Below, in pieces: positions 51,528 through 64,000 of a DNA stretch of 64,000 nt (the stretch's first letter is position 1; each line of letters begins with the position of its first letter). Origin of the DNA: Octopus sinensis. Taxonomy: Eukaryota. The notes under the pieces are model-generated. The model made no database searches and was not told the origin of the DNA. It was given only the letters and a program-made list of their open reading frames with translations. Location of the stretch: the NCBI RefSeq assembly GCF_006345805.1, contig NC_043000.1, forward strand, positions 96,534,001 to 96,598,000. Reading direction: 5' to 3'. Made by a program: the position numbers and the translations under genes.

Positions 51528-52023
51528 GTGTTGTATGGAGTAGTGGTTGGGTTGTTGGACTCATGATTAAAAGATCGTGGTTTCAGTTCCTGGACTGGGC
51601 AATGCATTGTGTTCTTGAGCACAACACTTCATTCCATGCTGCTCCAGTACACTCAGCTGATAAAAACGAGTAATCCTGCAACAGACGGGTATCCTGTCCT
51701 GGGAGGAATATATACACCAGAGAAACCAGGAAACTAACCCTCTGCTCCTTACAGAGTAATGTGGACTAACCATCATCATCATCATCATCATTTAACATCC
51801 ATTTTCCATGATGGCATGGGTTGAATGGTTTGATAGAAGGAGACCAGCTGGAGAGCTGCCTGGGCTCCATGTCTGTTTTGGCATGGATTCTACAGCTGGA
51901 TGCCCTTCCTAATGCCAACCACATTACAGAGTGTACTGAGTGCATTTATGCAGCATCAGCATGGGTGCTTTTATGTGGCACTGGCATGGGTGCTTTTTAC
52001 GTGGCACCAGCATCCATGGGCTC

Positions 52024-52101
<78 letters not shown>

Positions 52102-52118
52102 CACACACACACACACAC

Positions 52119-52151
<33 letters not shown>

Positions 52152-52210
52152 TAACAGAATGAAATAAAAATCCAAGGCTGTGAAAGATTTAAAAACATTT
52201 ATAAATAGAA

Positions 52211-52260
52211 GGTCTTACAGCTGTTTCCGGGATATTTTATATATCCCTTCATCGGAGATG
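52211..52260 (-). ncRNA. Degenerate minimal hammerhead motif
   Basis: Minus strand catct-CCGATGA-a-GGGATA-tataaaa-TATCCC-g-GAAAC-agct-GTA-agacc. Confidence 0.45.
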
Positions 52261-52400
52261 GTGTGAGAGAATGTTTAAGCAATATTTATTCTAGATAAGA
52301 TATGAAATACATACATATATATAAGCTATAGTTTGCAGTTGTTTTAGAACTGATGTCTTTATATAATAGATAATAAGTCCCTCTCTTTACTACTATTTAG

Positions 52401-52474
52401 CACCATTGTCGGCTCTGTGGAGGAATTTACTGCCACAACTGTACTAGTCGCCAAATAATGACAGCTCACAGCAG
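52401..52474 (+). CDS. FYCO1: FYVE exon 2
   Basis: atttag|CAC ... AG|gtaaga, HHCRLCGGIYCHNCTSRQIMTAHS; completes RKHHCR. Confidence 0.95.
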
Positions 52475-53005
52475 GTAAGAAACACCTCTTAATCAATTCT
52501 GACTTTCTAATTAGAGTATAATTATTGTAGTTACTATGTAATTATTTAATTATTGTATTGAAATTACAGTTAAAGGATTACTTGTGTGCAAACAAAGTTT
52601 ATTTCAATGCTATTTCATACTATAGAGTAGGTCTGCAGGTGTCAGCCATTACTATTTGCAATAGACAGTTTTAAACATCTTTTGTATTTATGTGAACATA
52701 TATATTATATTATGTTATATATATGTGTTTATGTAGAAAATGAAAAAGAAGGGAAATAAAGCTTTTATATTTATATATATATATATCCATTGAGTTCGTT
52801 TATGGGAAATGTTTTGAATATGCATATAAAAGCTCCTATTTTATTATGCTAGCTTCAGCCTAATGATACAAACTGGAAATAGCAGCTTTTTGGGGCTTGT
52901 ACCAAGCTGTGCCAATATAATGTAGGATAAATATAGTAATAATGATAATAATCTATGGCATTAAAATATTTATAAATTCCATCTATAGATTATTATTATT
53001 ATCAT

Positions 53006-53083
<78 letters not shown>

Positions 53084-53223
53084 ATATATATAGTTTAGAG
53101 ACAAACCTCTATTAAGCAATTCAATAAAGAAATATGTTATTCACACCATATAGAAAACATATACTATAAAAAACCTTATTTTAAAAATCAATAAAGTACA
53201 ATAAATAGTAAATAGTAGTAAAA

Positions 53224-53346
53224 AGATTACGCACGTTTCATGGCTATATTTTCAAATAGATAATAATAATTAAAAAATCAATTCGATTTAAAATTAGATC
53301 AAACTAAAATTAATTTTATTTAAAAATATAGTCACTCATTAGGTCT
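53224..53346 (-). ncRNA. Degenerate hammerhead motif with long stem II loop, downstream of the Penelope endonuclease
   Basis: Minus strand CTAATGA-GTGACTATA-(78 nt)-TATAGCCAT-GAAAC-gtgc-GTA. Confidence 0.35.
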
Positions 53347-53954
53347 AAGATAATAAAAAATAATAGAATAAATGAACTTATCTTAACTTATACTAATTAT
53401 CAAATAAATAAAAAAAAATACATGTATTAACTATAAATAATCGAAAAGCATTTAACAATATTACTTAAAATAAAAATATAACTTATCTTGTCGAAGGATT
53501 TTTGTTAACTAAAAATTTAAACGCAAAATGTCAAACTTAGCATTCATAAGAAATATATCGCATGAAAATATGGCGTAAATAGAATTTATAGAAGAAGCAG
53601 ATTGAAATATATATTTAAGCTATTAAAATAACAAATGTATTTTTGCTGTAAGAACAAGAAAAAAATTAACTTTAATATACTATTAACTGGAAAAATTGTA
53701 AAGTATAAATAATTTAAATACTAAATATGTAAAATACATAATATAATAAACATAAATTAAGCTAAAATTCTATACTTAAATCTATTTTCATTAATTTATT
53801 TATTTATTTTATAAACATCTAATTTTCAACTTATTCTAATTATGTAATACATATATATAAGCTATCTCGTACTAATTTATACACATTTTACTACTACAAA
53901 TTATAACTACAACAATTAGTAAGATAAAACAGGGTTTATATATATATACACAAA

Positions 53955-54398
53955 TTAGCTAAACATATATAAGTAATTTAATTTATGTCTACATTTAATT
54001 TTTCGTTCGTCTAGGGAATTAATCAAATTTTTATTATTAGTTAATATCTCCTTAAATTTGTTAGTACATAATAAACAAAAATTATTACCTATTCGATATG
54101 ATTTTGCCTTACAAACTATCTCCCAATTTAAATAGTACTTAATATTTTTAGATTTTAGTTCCCATATATATTTACTAAGGTCAGTAGAATGAATTAAATT
54201 TCTATTCTTAAAAGAATTCATGTGTTGAGCCACCCGTAATTTAATTTTATTAGAAGTCAACCCTATGTAAATTGCATTTAAATTATAACCATTCCTATTA
54301 TTATCATCAATCAAAGTCTCTACACATTTATATACTACATCATCGAAATTGCATTTATTATTAAATTTACATCTAGTTTTATCTCTACATACGATTAA
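53955..54398 (-). mobile_element. Penelope-like element GIY-YIG endonuclease fragment
   Basis: Stop-to-stop frame CRDKTRC...C...VVYKC...IYIGLTSNKIKLRVAQH..SF...STDLSKYIWELK...WEIV.KAKSY...CLLC...LIN...KCRH, in very AT-rich DNA inside a FYVE intron. Confidence 0.9.
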
Positions 54399-55056
54399 TT
54401 ATATTATTATTATTATTGGAATAATTATTTGATTTGTTTTTGTAAAACTTTTTTAGCTTATATCTATTAAAAGAAGAAATAATGTTACCTAAATTATTTG
54501 TAGTAGAATAACCAACTCCAAAATTATTACTAGTAAAGAATGTTATTATATTTTTTATTATCTATAATGAATACTTCAATTATAGTTAAAATCTCTTTAA
54601 TAATGTTTGTTTTAACTTGAGCTCCATAAGGAATAATTAACCAAATTTTGTTCTTATTATATTTATTTTATTATATTTTATAATATTATATTTATTTTTT
54701 TATATTATTATTAAATTTATTATTATCATTAAATGAATTAAATTTCATCTTATTTAGTCTATTATTATATTTATGTTTTGTATTATCATAATACATATTA
54801 TTAATACCAAAATTACCTAAATAAAATGTATCATAATTCTTAATGTTGAAATAAGTAAAAGATAAGAGATAATTACTGAATTATTTATTTTTATTACATA
54901 TATATTGTATTTTGTTGTTGTTGCTTGATATGTGTTGTTACCACTCTGTTTACTTATGTTGTTGTTGTTTCTGCACTTTAGAGCTTTTATATTCATAGCA
55001 TACAATAACAATGACATGAATTTAACTGTAGAAAAATTTACTTGTTTAATTAACAG

Positions 55057-55235
55057 TAAGAAAATGAGAGCTTGCGAGAAATGTTACCAACTCCAGAAGG
55101 AGCAGTCTGAAGATAGTGCCAATCCTATTCTCTATGTTGAGAGTGAAGAAGAAGACAAAGAACTGTCTGAGAGTTCCTCCTATCGACGCAGTACAAAATG
55201 GAGTGAATCAGCCAGTGATGTTTCGGATATGCTTG
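55057..55235 (+). CDS. FYCO1: FYVE exon 3 plus acidic linker
   Basis: taacag|T ... G|gtaagt, KKMRACEKCYQLQKEQSEDS...SDVSDML, phase 2-1; supplies the last two Zn-binding Cys. Confidence 0.93.
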
Positions 55236-56106
55236 GTAAGTTCTCATTTTGTTCTACAGTAGTGTTTTTAATGTGGTTTTCATAATTAAGAAAATGTGTG
55301 TTATGATCTATAATGACTGAACCACTTATGTCATGTATTTCACATTCTGGTAGTTGGTTAGCTGACATAATTTTTAGCATGTTGGACAAAATACTTCATA
55401 GCATTTCTTCTGGCTTTAAATTCTAAGTTAAAATTCCACCAAGATTGACTTTGCTTTCCGTCCTCTTGTGGTCAATGAAATAAGTACCAGTCAAACACTG
55501 GAGTTGATGTAATCAACTAGCTTCTCTCCTACAAAATTTCAGGCCTTGTGTGTATAGTAGAAAGAATTCTGGAATAGAAAAGGCATCACTCCAAAGGCAA
55601 AAATCAAAGAGTACCAGGCTGCAGTTTCCACCATTCTGCCTTATACCTGTGAAACATAAGCTCTCTACTAACATGATATATAGGTGCTATGGGAGAAGCT
55701 AAACTATTTCCATACCACCTGTCTCAAAAAAATTCTTGTAATAAGTGGCAGGACAGAATTTCTGACACAGTAGTATTCTCTCATGCTGAACTGTCTAGCA
55801 TCCAAATGATTCTGGCATACAAACCACATGACCTTCCCCAGTTGTATGCCAGACTACCAGCTCCTGAAGAAGGTGTTTTACAGTGAACTCCAGTACAGTA
55901 AATTCTTCTAAGGAAATCAAAACAAAACAACATCACAAAGACATTTTGATAGCTTCACTGTGGACCTTCAACATTGGCCATAAAGATTGAGGACTGACAG
56001 TGTTGGATAGAAGAAAATAGTATTATATCATCTCTTATTTTCCAATTTGATCTAATTTTTGTTTTATACCTTCCTTTTATTATCTCTATTATTTTATTGA
56101 TTTCAG

Positions 56107-56227
56107 ATCATACTGATGACATGGATAGTTTGCAAGACCAAAATTCTGAAATTGGCCAGTCTTCATTATCGTTTGCTTCTGGTGGTGTAACAAAGAATGG
56201 TTCTAGTGATAATTCTGTTGAAGAAAA
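56107..56227 (+). CDS. FYCO1: Acidic linker exon
   Basis: tttcag|AT ... AA|gtatgt, DHTDDMDSLQDQNSEIGQSS...SVEE, phase 1-2. Confidence 0.85.
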
Positions 56228-57014
56228 GTATGTTATAAGAGATTTTTCTCTTCAGCCTCCCTATTGTAACATTATATGAATCACCTCTTGATTTTTCTTG
56301 TATAGAGAATTTTTCTTTTTGTAAATTAATGATTTTTATTTGATCAGTGACATCTTAATTATGTTGTTATTGCTGTTAATCCCTTATTAGTTTTGTTTGA
56401 GACCTATGACTGACAGCATTCTTGCTGTGATCATCCTAACTTTATTATTTCATATATAGTTTATATCATGTGTTCTTGTTTTTAAGATGGTAGTGTGTAT
56501 GATATGAGGTATGTTTGACTCCTACTTTTAGCAATTTGGCAGTGGTGAGTTGGCAAAATCATGACAATCGAAATGCTTGGAACATTTCTTTCAGCTCTTT
56601 TCATTCTGAATTCAAATTCTGTTGTGGTCAACCCTGGTTTTCATCTTTTCTAAGTCAATAAAATAAGTACCAGTGGAACACTAGGGTCAATATAATTGAC
56701 TATCCACTCCCAGCTTTCAAAATTACTGGCCTTGTGCCAAAATTAGGAAGAATTACAAGGCAGCAAGCTGGCAGAATCATTAGTGTGTCTGACAAAAATG
56801 CTTAGTGGCATTTCTTTCAGCTCACTACATTTTGAGTTCAAATTCTGTGAAACTCAACTTGCATTTTATCCTTTCAGTGTCGATAAAATAAATACCGGCA
56901 GAGTACTGGAGTCGATGTGATTGACTTGCCCTTCACTTCAAAATTGCTGGCCTAATGTCAAAATTAGAAAGAGTTTTTAGCCATTTGAGCAACCTTGTGA
57001 AGGTTCACTTGTTC

Positions 57015-57490
57015 ATCATCATCGTTTAATATCCATTTTCCATGCTGGCATGGGTTGGATGGTTTGACAGGAGATAGTCAGTTGGAGAGCTATCCAGGCT
57101 CCAATCGTCTGTTTTGGCATGGTTTCTACAGTTGGATGCCTTTCCTGACACCAACCACTTTACAGAGTATGATGGGTGCTTTTTTACATGTCCCCTGCAT
57201 GGGTGCATTTACATGGTGACAGTACAAGTGCATTTTACATGGCACTGGCATGTGCAGGAGAAAGACCTCTCTGCTAGGAGAAGGAAGAGGGGCATGGCCA
57301 TAAAGGGCATGCCTGTATGTATGGCTGGCCATGATTTTACTTAGCTTGACATGTCTTCTCATGTATAACAAATTGTCACAAGTCCCAGTTCCTTGTCATC
57401 TCTTCAGTGAAGCCCAGCACTTGAAGATCCATTCTCACCACTTCATTCCGCGTCTTCCTGGGCCGACCCCTTCCACAGATTCCCTCCATA
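57015..57490 (-). mobile_element. RTE LINE 3' end (ORF C-terminus plus 3'UTR)
   Basis: Minus MEGICGRGRPRKTRNEVVRMDLQVLGFTEEM..., contiguous with a GGAAGGGCATCCAGCTGTAGAAAC-like 3'UTR and (GAT)n tail. Similar pieces at ~23,055-23,520, ~25,250-25,480 and ~63,360-63,880. Confidence 0.85.
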
Positions 57491-58024
57491 ATTCTTTTCT
57501 ACTCTAGGCACAAAGCCCGAAATTTTGGGGGAGGAAGCCAGTCAACCCCAGTACGCAACTGGTACTTAATTTATTGACCCCGAAAAGATGAAAGGCAAAG
57601 TTGACCTCAGCAGAATTTGAACTCAGAATGTAAAGACAGAAGAAATACCTATTTCTTTACTACCCACAAGGGGCTAAACACAGAGAGGACAAACAAGGAC
57701 AGACAAACGGATTAAGTCGATTATATCGACCCCAGTACTTAACTGGTACTTAATTTATCGACCCCGAAAGGATGAAAGGCAAAGTCGACCTCGGCAGAAT
57801 TTGAACTCAGAACGTAACGGCAGACGAAATACGGCTACGCATTTCGCCCGGCATGCTAATGGTTCTTAGAGATCAGCTGCAAATTATAGTGTGCTCATAT
57901 GTTCATATATTTGTTTGTATGTGTGTTTACTCTTTTTCTTTCATATGGAAAATACCTTCTATAACATGTAAGTTCTACTGGATTTATATATGTTCTAAAA
58001 ATGATTCTTGTTTTGTTTGTGCAG

Positions 58025-58222
58025 GATACCAGAGGATGAAACAGATGCAGCAGAAAAGACCCCTGTTGCTGCAGAAAATGATGCTGCAGAATCTTGTGAC
58101 AAAGTTGTTGATGCAGACACATCTAACATCTGGGAGAATTCTTCTGATTTTGCTGTAATCAGTGAAGATGAAATTGCCAAAATGAGATCAAAGTCTACAG
58201 AGAATGAAGACAATGAAAATCT
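58025..58222 (+). CDS. FYCO1: LIR-containing exon
   Basis: gtgcag|G ... CT|gtaagt, IPEDETD...SSDFAVISEDEIAKMRSK...NENL, phase 2-2. Confidence 0.9.
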
Positions 58223-59134
58223 GTAAGTTACTGTCTTAGAAACTGGTCCTTTTAACACACACACACACACTATAGGTACATGTGTGGCTGTGTGGTAAGA
58301 AGTTTACTTTCTTGACACATGGTACCAGGTTCACTCCCACTGTGTGGAACCTTGGGCAAGTGTCTTTCTTCTACTATAGCCAACCAAAGCCTTGTGAGTG
58401 GATTTGGTAGATGGAAACTGAAAGAACCCTGCTTTATATATATATATATGTATATCTTAAGTATGTATGTCTTTGTGTTTGTCCCCCCCCCCCACCACTG
58501 CTTGACAATGAGTATTGGTTTGTTTACATCCTTGTAATTTAGTAGTTCCGCATAAGGGACTGATGGAATAAGTACTTAAAAAAAATAAATACTGGAGTTG
58601 ATTCATTTGACTAAAACCCTTCAAGGTAGTATCCCAGTATGGCTGCAGTCCAATGACTGAAACAAGTAAAAGATAACAGATTATTTAGCTAGAGAAGGAA
58701 GAGCTGTGCTCAGGAATTTTGCATGAGTCTCAAAGACTGGTTGAGAAGAAAGGAATAAATTGCAAAACAAGACATGGGTTGATACAACAGGGATCAATGA
58801 ATGGAAAGTTTAAAATTACTGGCACATTTAGCATGAAAATTTTAAATAAAAACTGTTTTAAAGTTAAAAATTCAGAAAAATGTTATAGAAATCCCTTGTT
58901 TACTTTAATTTATTGATTATATTTGTGTAAACTGGCAGTGTCATTAGTGAGTTCAATAAATATTTAGCAGCATCTCTTCCAGTTCTTTATATTTTGAGTT
59001 TAAAGGCTATCACATTCTACTTTGCCTTTCATCCTGTCAAGGTTAATAAAATAAGTAATGGCTGAGCACTAGGATGATGTAATTGGCTTACCCCCTCCTC
59101 TAAAATTGCTGGCCTTTTGCCAAAATTTGAGATA

Positions 59135-59570
59135 ATTATAATAATAATAATGAATTTATTGTATACAGTGCTCAGGGGCACCACAACTTGTCAAAAGTGC
59201 ATATAAAGCATATACAGTAATGCACAAATGTCTGGGAAGTGAACAGTGTATGAGTCAGATACATGCTTGCATGTGTATGGAGGGGAGAAAATCAGGTGTA
59301 GTGTTGGCGAATCTCAAGAAGCATGGAAGTTTTGAAGGATGCAGTGCTCTGACAACTAACAACTGATGCTGGCAGCTTGTTCCATGCTTCAGCAACTCTT
59401 AGCATGAAAAAATGTTTCTGAAAGTCATGGGAGCTGTGCTGTTTTCTGACTTTGTAAACATGTCCATGGGTGTTAGGCAGGTGGAGTTTGAAAAGGTGCC
59501 CAGAGTTATTGTTAGTAAGATGGTTAATAATTTTATGGGTGTCAGCCAAGTCAACTGCCAGAATGGTTTC
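59135..59570 (-). mobile_element. CR1/L2-clade LINE 3' end
   Basis: Minus ORF ...THGHVYKVRKQHSSHDFQKHFFMLRVAEAWNKLPASVVSCQSTASFK, followed by a (TAT)n-type tail. Confidence 0.85.
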
Positions 59571-59784
59571 TGATTTAGGCACAAGGCAAACAATTTTGAG
59601 GGGAGGGGCTTAGTCAATACCATTGACTCTAGTACTTAACTGGTACTTTATTTTATTGAATTCCAAGGGTTATGATGTAATGTTGACCATGGCAAGATTT
59701 GAACTCAGAATTGAACTCTAACATTTCTACCTAATTTTTTTTGTATAATATATTGTTTCACTTTTAACACGTTATACTGAAATA

Positions 59785-59998
59785 GTGGAGAAGATATGAT
59801 ATTGCTGTGGGGTCGCCCTAGGGAAAAAGTTGAAATTTATTTTGCCGATGACACTCCCCGGACCTTAAGTAAGGCATGTGTAACATTTTAATGAAATTGG
59901 TTGTGTAGTTCTCAAGTTTTAGGAAAACAGACAGATAGACAGCACACAGACACACATTCTCAGTTTTATATAGATAGAGATTTCTGAATATGTTTTTG
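59785..59998 (+). mobile_element. Possible non-autonomous Helitron-like 3' end
   Basis: aatgaaattggttgtgtagtt...acagacagatagacag...ttttatatagatagagat resembles Lep1/HINE-type ends; similar end at ~48200-48280. Confidence 0.35.
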
Positions 59999-61943
59999 TT
60001 TTACCAAAAGATACTCAAGCATTACCATGGGTTTTCTAAATAAAAAAATGAAAAACAATAATAATATAGTCAGAGAAGGAAGAACTGTGCTCAGGAACTT
60101 TGTATTGGTCTCAAAGACTGGTGGAAGAGAAAAGAATACATGGTTAATACAGTTGTAATGTATAAATCAATACAGTGTTTCTCATAGATGGGGCAAGATC
60201 CTGCTATGATAAAGAGTAAAATTGATAGGAGGTGGGGTAGACAAATGTTTGTATTCAATAAAATTAAGTTGGTTTCAAGATTTTTAACCCTTTAATGTTC
60301 AGATTACTCTGTCAAATGTAATACCTATGTATTCACATCATTTTGAATTAATCATGCATTATTTCATAACTTTGAGATTTTGATGATGTGATTGTTCATT
60401 TGTAAAATAATGCTGTAGGTGTGAAAGACCAGATCTGACCAGTTTTAAGTTAAAACAGGTAGAATATTTTGGCTAGATATGATCAGTTTATATGCTAAAG
60501 GGTTAAACTTGACTAACATGAAGAAAGAAGAATTATATGGATGTAAACTTTATTTAGCCTTCTCATTAATAAAAAGGAAGGAGGTCAAAATTTTTTTTTT
60601 GGTGGGTTGCCTGGTCAGTATATTATTACTTTTTGTAGGGAGATCTGGCATGAATGCTTGCAACAAAGTGGACTTCAATAAAGGTATCCAGGGGTCAGGT
60701 TGTGATAGTGTTAATGTAGGTGATAGATTAGGTTTACTATCCAAGATTACATTTGTCACCCATTGTTTGTTTATATATATTACCGGGAGATGGGGGTTGG
60801 TGTTCTTCTAGATTGGCATCTCTGCTGATTCCACATCTTTTTTTTCCAGCTCCTTTATTTTCATCTTGTTTCTTTTTCTCCATCCTTTCCCAATATCTCC
60901 TGGATTTTTTTTTTGTTTCTGAAGAAGGACTGTATCTGAAATACAATACCTTTTACTTCTTTCCATTTTCCCTTGAGCATCAAGCTAACAATATTGACTG
61001 TGTATGTCTGTTGTACTTTTGCTGTAATTTTTTTTTTATGTATTCAATTATTAATATATTCCTGGATATGATAATAATCTCTCATTGGAAACTTCTTTTG
61101 TGGGCAGAATTGAATTCAGTACTTCACATCATCAATTTTATAATACTGCCACTAATTCCAATATCTGGTTGTTCCCACTTATCCTGTGCTTTTGTATTAG
61201 CATCTGAGTAAATTGGACTAGTTGAGAGTTATGTGCCTTGGCTAAATATACTACATTGTACAAGTGTTACTGTATGAACCAGTAATGTCTCAGCTGGTTT
61301 TCTGTTACTTTATTGCCATTGCCTTATGCTCTCTGACTGATATTACTGGATTTGATTCAATTGACTTCAGACAGAGATGAAATACAAAATCAACCATGGT
61401 AAAACTTGTAGTTACAGATGTAAACTTAACAACTAGATACAGAAAAGTGTTTTGATGAATACAGTTATTCCTCTTTAACCCTTTTGTTTCCATATTTCTA
61501 TTGAGATGCTGTGTTTCTTTCAATTAATTTTAAATATAACAAAGAATTTAGTCAAATGACTTAGTTATCATTAAGCTAGTGATCGGAACATAAATTGTGA
61601 CTAAGGTTTGGTGGAAAATTTTAAATCAGAACTTTTAAAAACAAGACTTTGTACTACAGAGCCAGAGGCAGTTTCAGGCAGGTTGGTATCAAATAATATA
61701 TTCATGATATAACATTATAAACATTCCCCCCCAGTGATCAATTGGTACTTATTTTATCGACCCTGAAAGGATGAAAAGAAAAGTCACCCTCAGCAAAATT
61801 AGAACTCAGATCACAAAGATGGATGAAATGCCACTAAGCATTTTGCTTGGCATTCTAGAGATTCTGCCAGCTCACTACCTTTGAACAATGCAATATCAAT
61901 GATAATTCCTAATTTTTTTTAATTTGTTTGATTTTCATTATAG

Positions 61944-62106
61944 GAAATTACCAACTGGTATCTCAGTATCTTTGGAAGAACTTGAGCGAGGAGAGATAAA
62001 TTCAGAAAGGATTATTTGGATACGGTATGGCTGTTCCTATATTGTGTCTGTCTGTGTAAACAAACTTGGTCTGGATATCTGCTGGGAATTCACGTCATAT
62101 CCCAAG
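61944..62106 (+). CDS. FYCO1: GOLD domain exon 1
   Basis: ttatag|G ... AAG|gttagt, KLPTGISVSLEELERGEINSERIIWIRYGCSYIVSVCVNKLGLDICWEFTSYPK (human ...GLTISWVFSSDPK). Confidence 0.9.
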
Positions 62107-62151
62107 GTTAGTATTAATATATTTATGCATACAAACATACATCTCTTTGTG

Positions 62152-62188
<37 letters not shown>

Positions 62189-62430
62189 TTTCAATTCCTA
62201 GACTGGATGGTGCATTGTGTTCTTGAGCAAAACACTTCATCTCATGTTGCTCTGTGATAACTTTGACACCTGATATATGGTACACCATGCAGTTGTTCAG
62301 GTAATGGTGATTTGATGGAGGGAGTGAACTAATGTACAGAACATACATTTACTCACTATAAACCAAATCTTTTGTGCAAGTTGTCTGGCAAGAAATTGCA
62401 GAACCATCTTTCCTGGACTATGAGTGACTA

Positions 62431-62572
<142 letters not shown>

Positions 62573-62896
62573 TTTATATATATATGTATGTACATGTATG
62601 TATGCATGTATGTATGTATGTTTGAATGTATTTATGTATGCATGTATATATGTATGTATGTATGTGTATCTGTGTGCAGTTGTTTGTGTGAGTTTGTATT
62701 ACATACACCCTTACATGTTTGTGCTTTATATTGTATCTACACTGTCTGAAATAGAGCAAATGAATCTTGAATAGAAACTAATGTGTTACTTGTCCTGCTA
62801 CAACTAGAAACCAAATGCCTATTTATCAATTTTTTTTAATGGTTAAAATCATATTAAATGCTTTTCTCTTTTTCTTTTTTCCTTTTCTTTTATCAG

Positions 62897-63069
62897 GATA
62901 TTGCATTTGGTGTTATATTTAATTCTCAAAATCCCTGTCCCAATGACGGCAATGAAAAAATATTGATACCAGTCCAGAAATGCCAGTCTCATCATCAAAC
63001 TATTAAAGGTCAATTGACACCTCGTGATTTGGGAATTTATCAAATTATATTCGATAATGCTTATTCCAG
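62897..63069 (+). CDS. FYCO1: GOLD domain exon 2
   Basis: tatcag|GAT ... AG|gtaagt, DIAFGVIF...ILIPVQKCQSHHQTIKGQLTPRDLGIYQIIFDNAYSR. Confidence 0.93.
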
Positions 63070-63179
63070 GTAAGTAAAAGTGTGAAAAAAAACCCCAATA
63101 AAATCTAGATTGAGTTTTGATTAATTTCAGAAATGGGTTGCACACTCAGTTTTTCAAGAAACTATCATATTCTCATGTA

Positions 63180-63181
<2 letters not shown>

Positions 63182-63214
<33 letters not shown>

Positions 63215-63362
63215 CCATCACCATCATCATCATCATCATCATCCATCATCCATCAATCATCCATCAATCATCCACCAATCATCCATCAATCATCCATAAT
63301 CATCATCATCATCACCATCACCACCACCACCACCACCACCACCACCATCATCATCATCAGCA
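63182..63362. repeat. (CAT)n/(CAC)n compound microsatellite
   Basis: Direct reading of the sequence. Confidence 0.95.
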
Positions 63363-64000
63363 TCAAACACTTGTTTTCCATGTTGCCATGAGTTGGATGG
63401 TTTGACAGGATCCGACAAGCCACGGGACTGCATCCAACTCCAATATCAGCTTTGGCATGGTTTCAATGGTTGGATGCCCTTCCTAATGTCAGTCACTTTA
63501 CGGAGTGTATAGGGTGTGAGTTTTTTGTGGCACCAGCACTAGTGAGTCTGCCAAGTCACTTGCAACACTAGGTAAAATAAAGGAAAAAGTGGCCTTGACT
63601 TAGTGGAAAGGTGTATTTGAGAAAGGAAGAGGTGACTGTATGTTTGGTGTTGAGAAGCTGAAGTATAATAGAGGGACAATGTACAGGTCTTGCTATAGAG
63701 GAGATTATACAGCTAACTCACATTATGTAAGGATCAGTGGGAGTAGTTGGGAAGAAGAGGAAAATGGTTGTGGCAAGGTACCAGAGTGAATGCTCAAGGT
63801 GATTATAAGAAAATACAGACAGTGGATTAGAGGGGGAAGAGGTGGGTGAATAATTTCAAAATAGTGTGAAAGGAAAGCAACAGAGTGTGAGATATATATA
63901 TATAATATATATATATATGGAGTGAAGGCGCAATGGCCCAGAGGTTAGGGCAGCGGACTTGCGGTCGGAGGATCATGGTTTCGATTCCCAGACCGGGCAT

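Noticed and set aside
53100-54900. Possible NUMT because of extreme AT content
   Set aside because: No mitochondrial gene motif recognised, and the only ORF is a Penelope GIY-YIG endonuclease.
58690-58916. Purine-rich segment locally repeated at ~60,070-60,150 as an extra exon
   Set aside because: No acceptor puts the open frame in the required phase 2; probably a small dispersed repeat.
60753-61211. 152-aa hydrophobic ORF as a membrane protein
   Set aside because: F/L/I richness follows from T-rich intronic DNA; no family motif or splice support.

Overview
Eukaryotic, AT-rich (animal) genomic DNA dense in microsatellites, SINEs and transposon debris. The repeat families resemble those I associate with octopus genomes; that is an inference and was not checked by search. 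The main feature is a spliced + strand gene whose predicted exons (21,350-63,069; last exon beyond the window) encode the end of a RUN domain, a long coiled coil, a FYVE finger (RKHHCR), an acidic linker with a FYCO1-type LIR (DFAVISEDEI) and a GOLD domain, i.e. a FYCO1 orthologue. From 30,783 onward the exons join in phase with no stops. The four exons at 21,350-27,088, just after a 100-N gap, carry frameshifts and/or stops or a phase clash. Positions 1-~13,570 are a second copy of 33,419-~48,190, with two-tier identity (>99%, then ~95%) and presence/absence differences. Other notable items: a candidate 30-nt GC-AG microexon, degenerate minimal hammerhead-ribozyme motifs linked to Penelope-like elements, a Tc1 relic with DD36E spacing, TTAA/CCC piggyBac-type MITEs, RTE and CR1 LINE 3' ends, and long intronic hairpins. 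All translations and alignments were done by eye, and comparisons with human FYCO1 are from memory.
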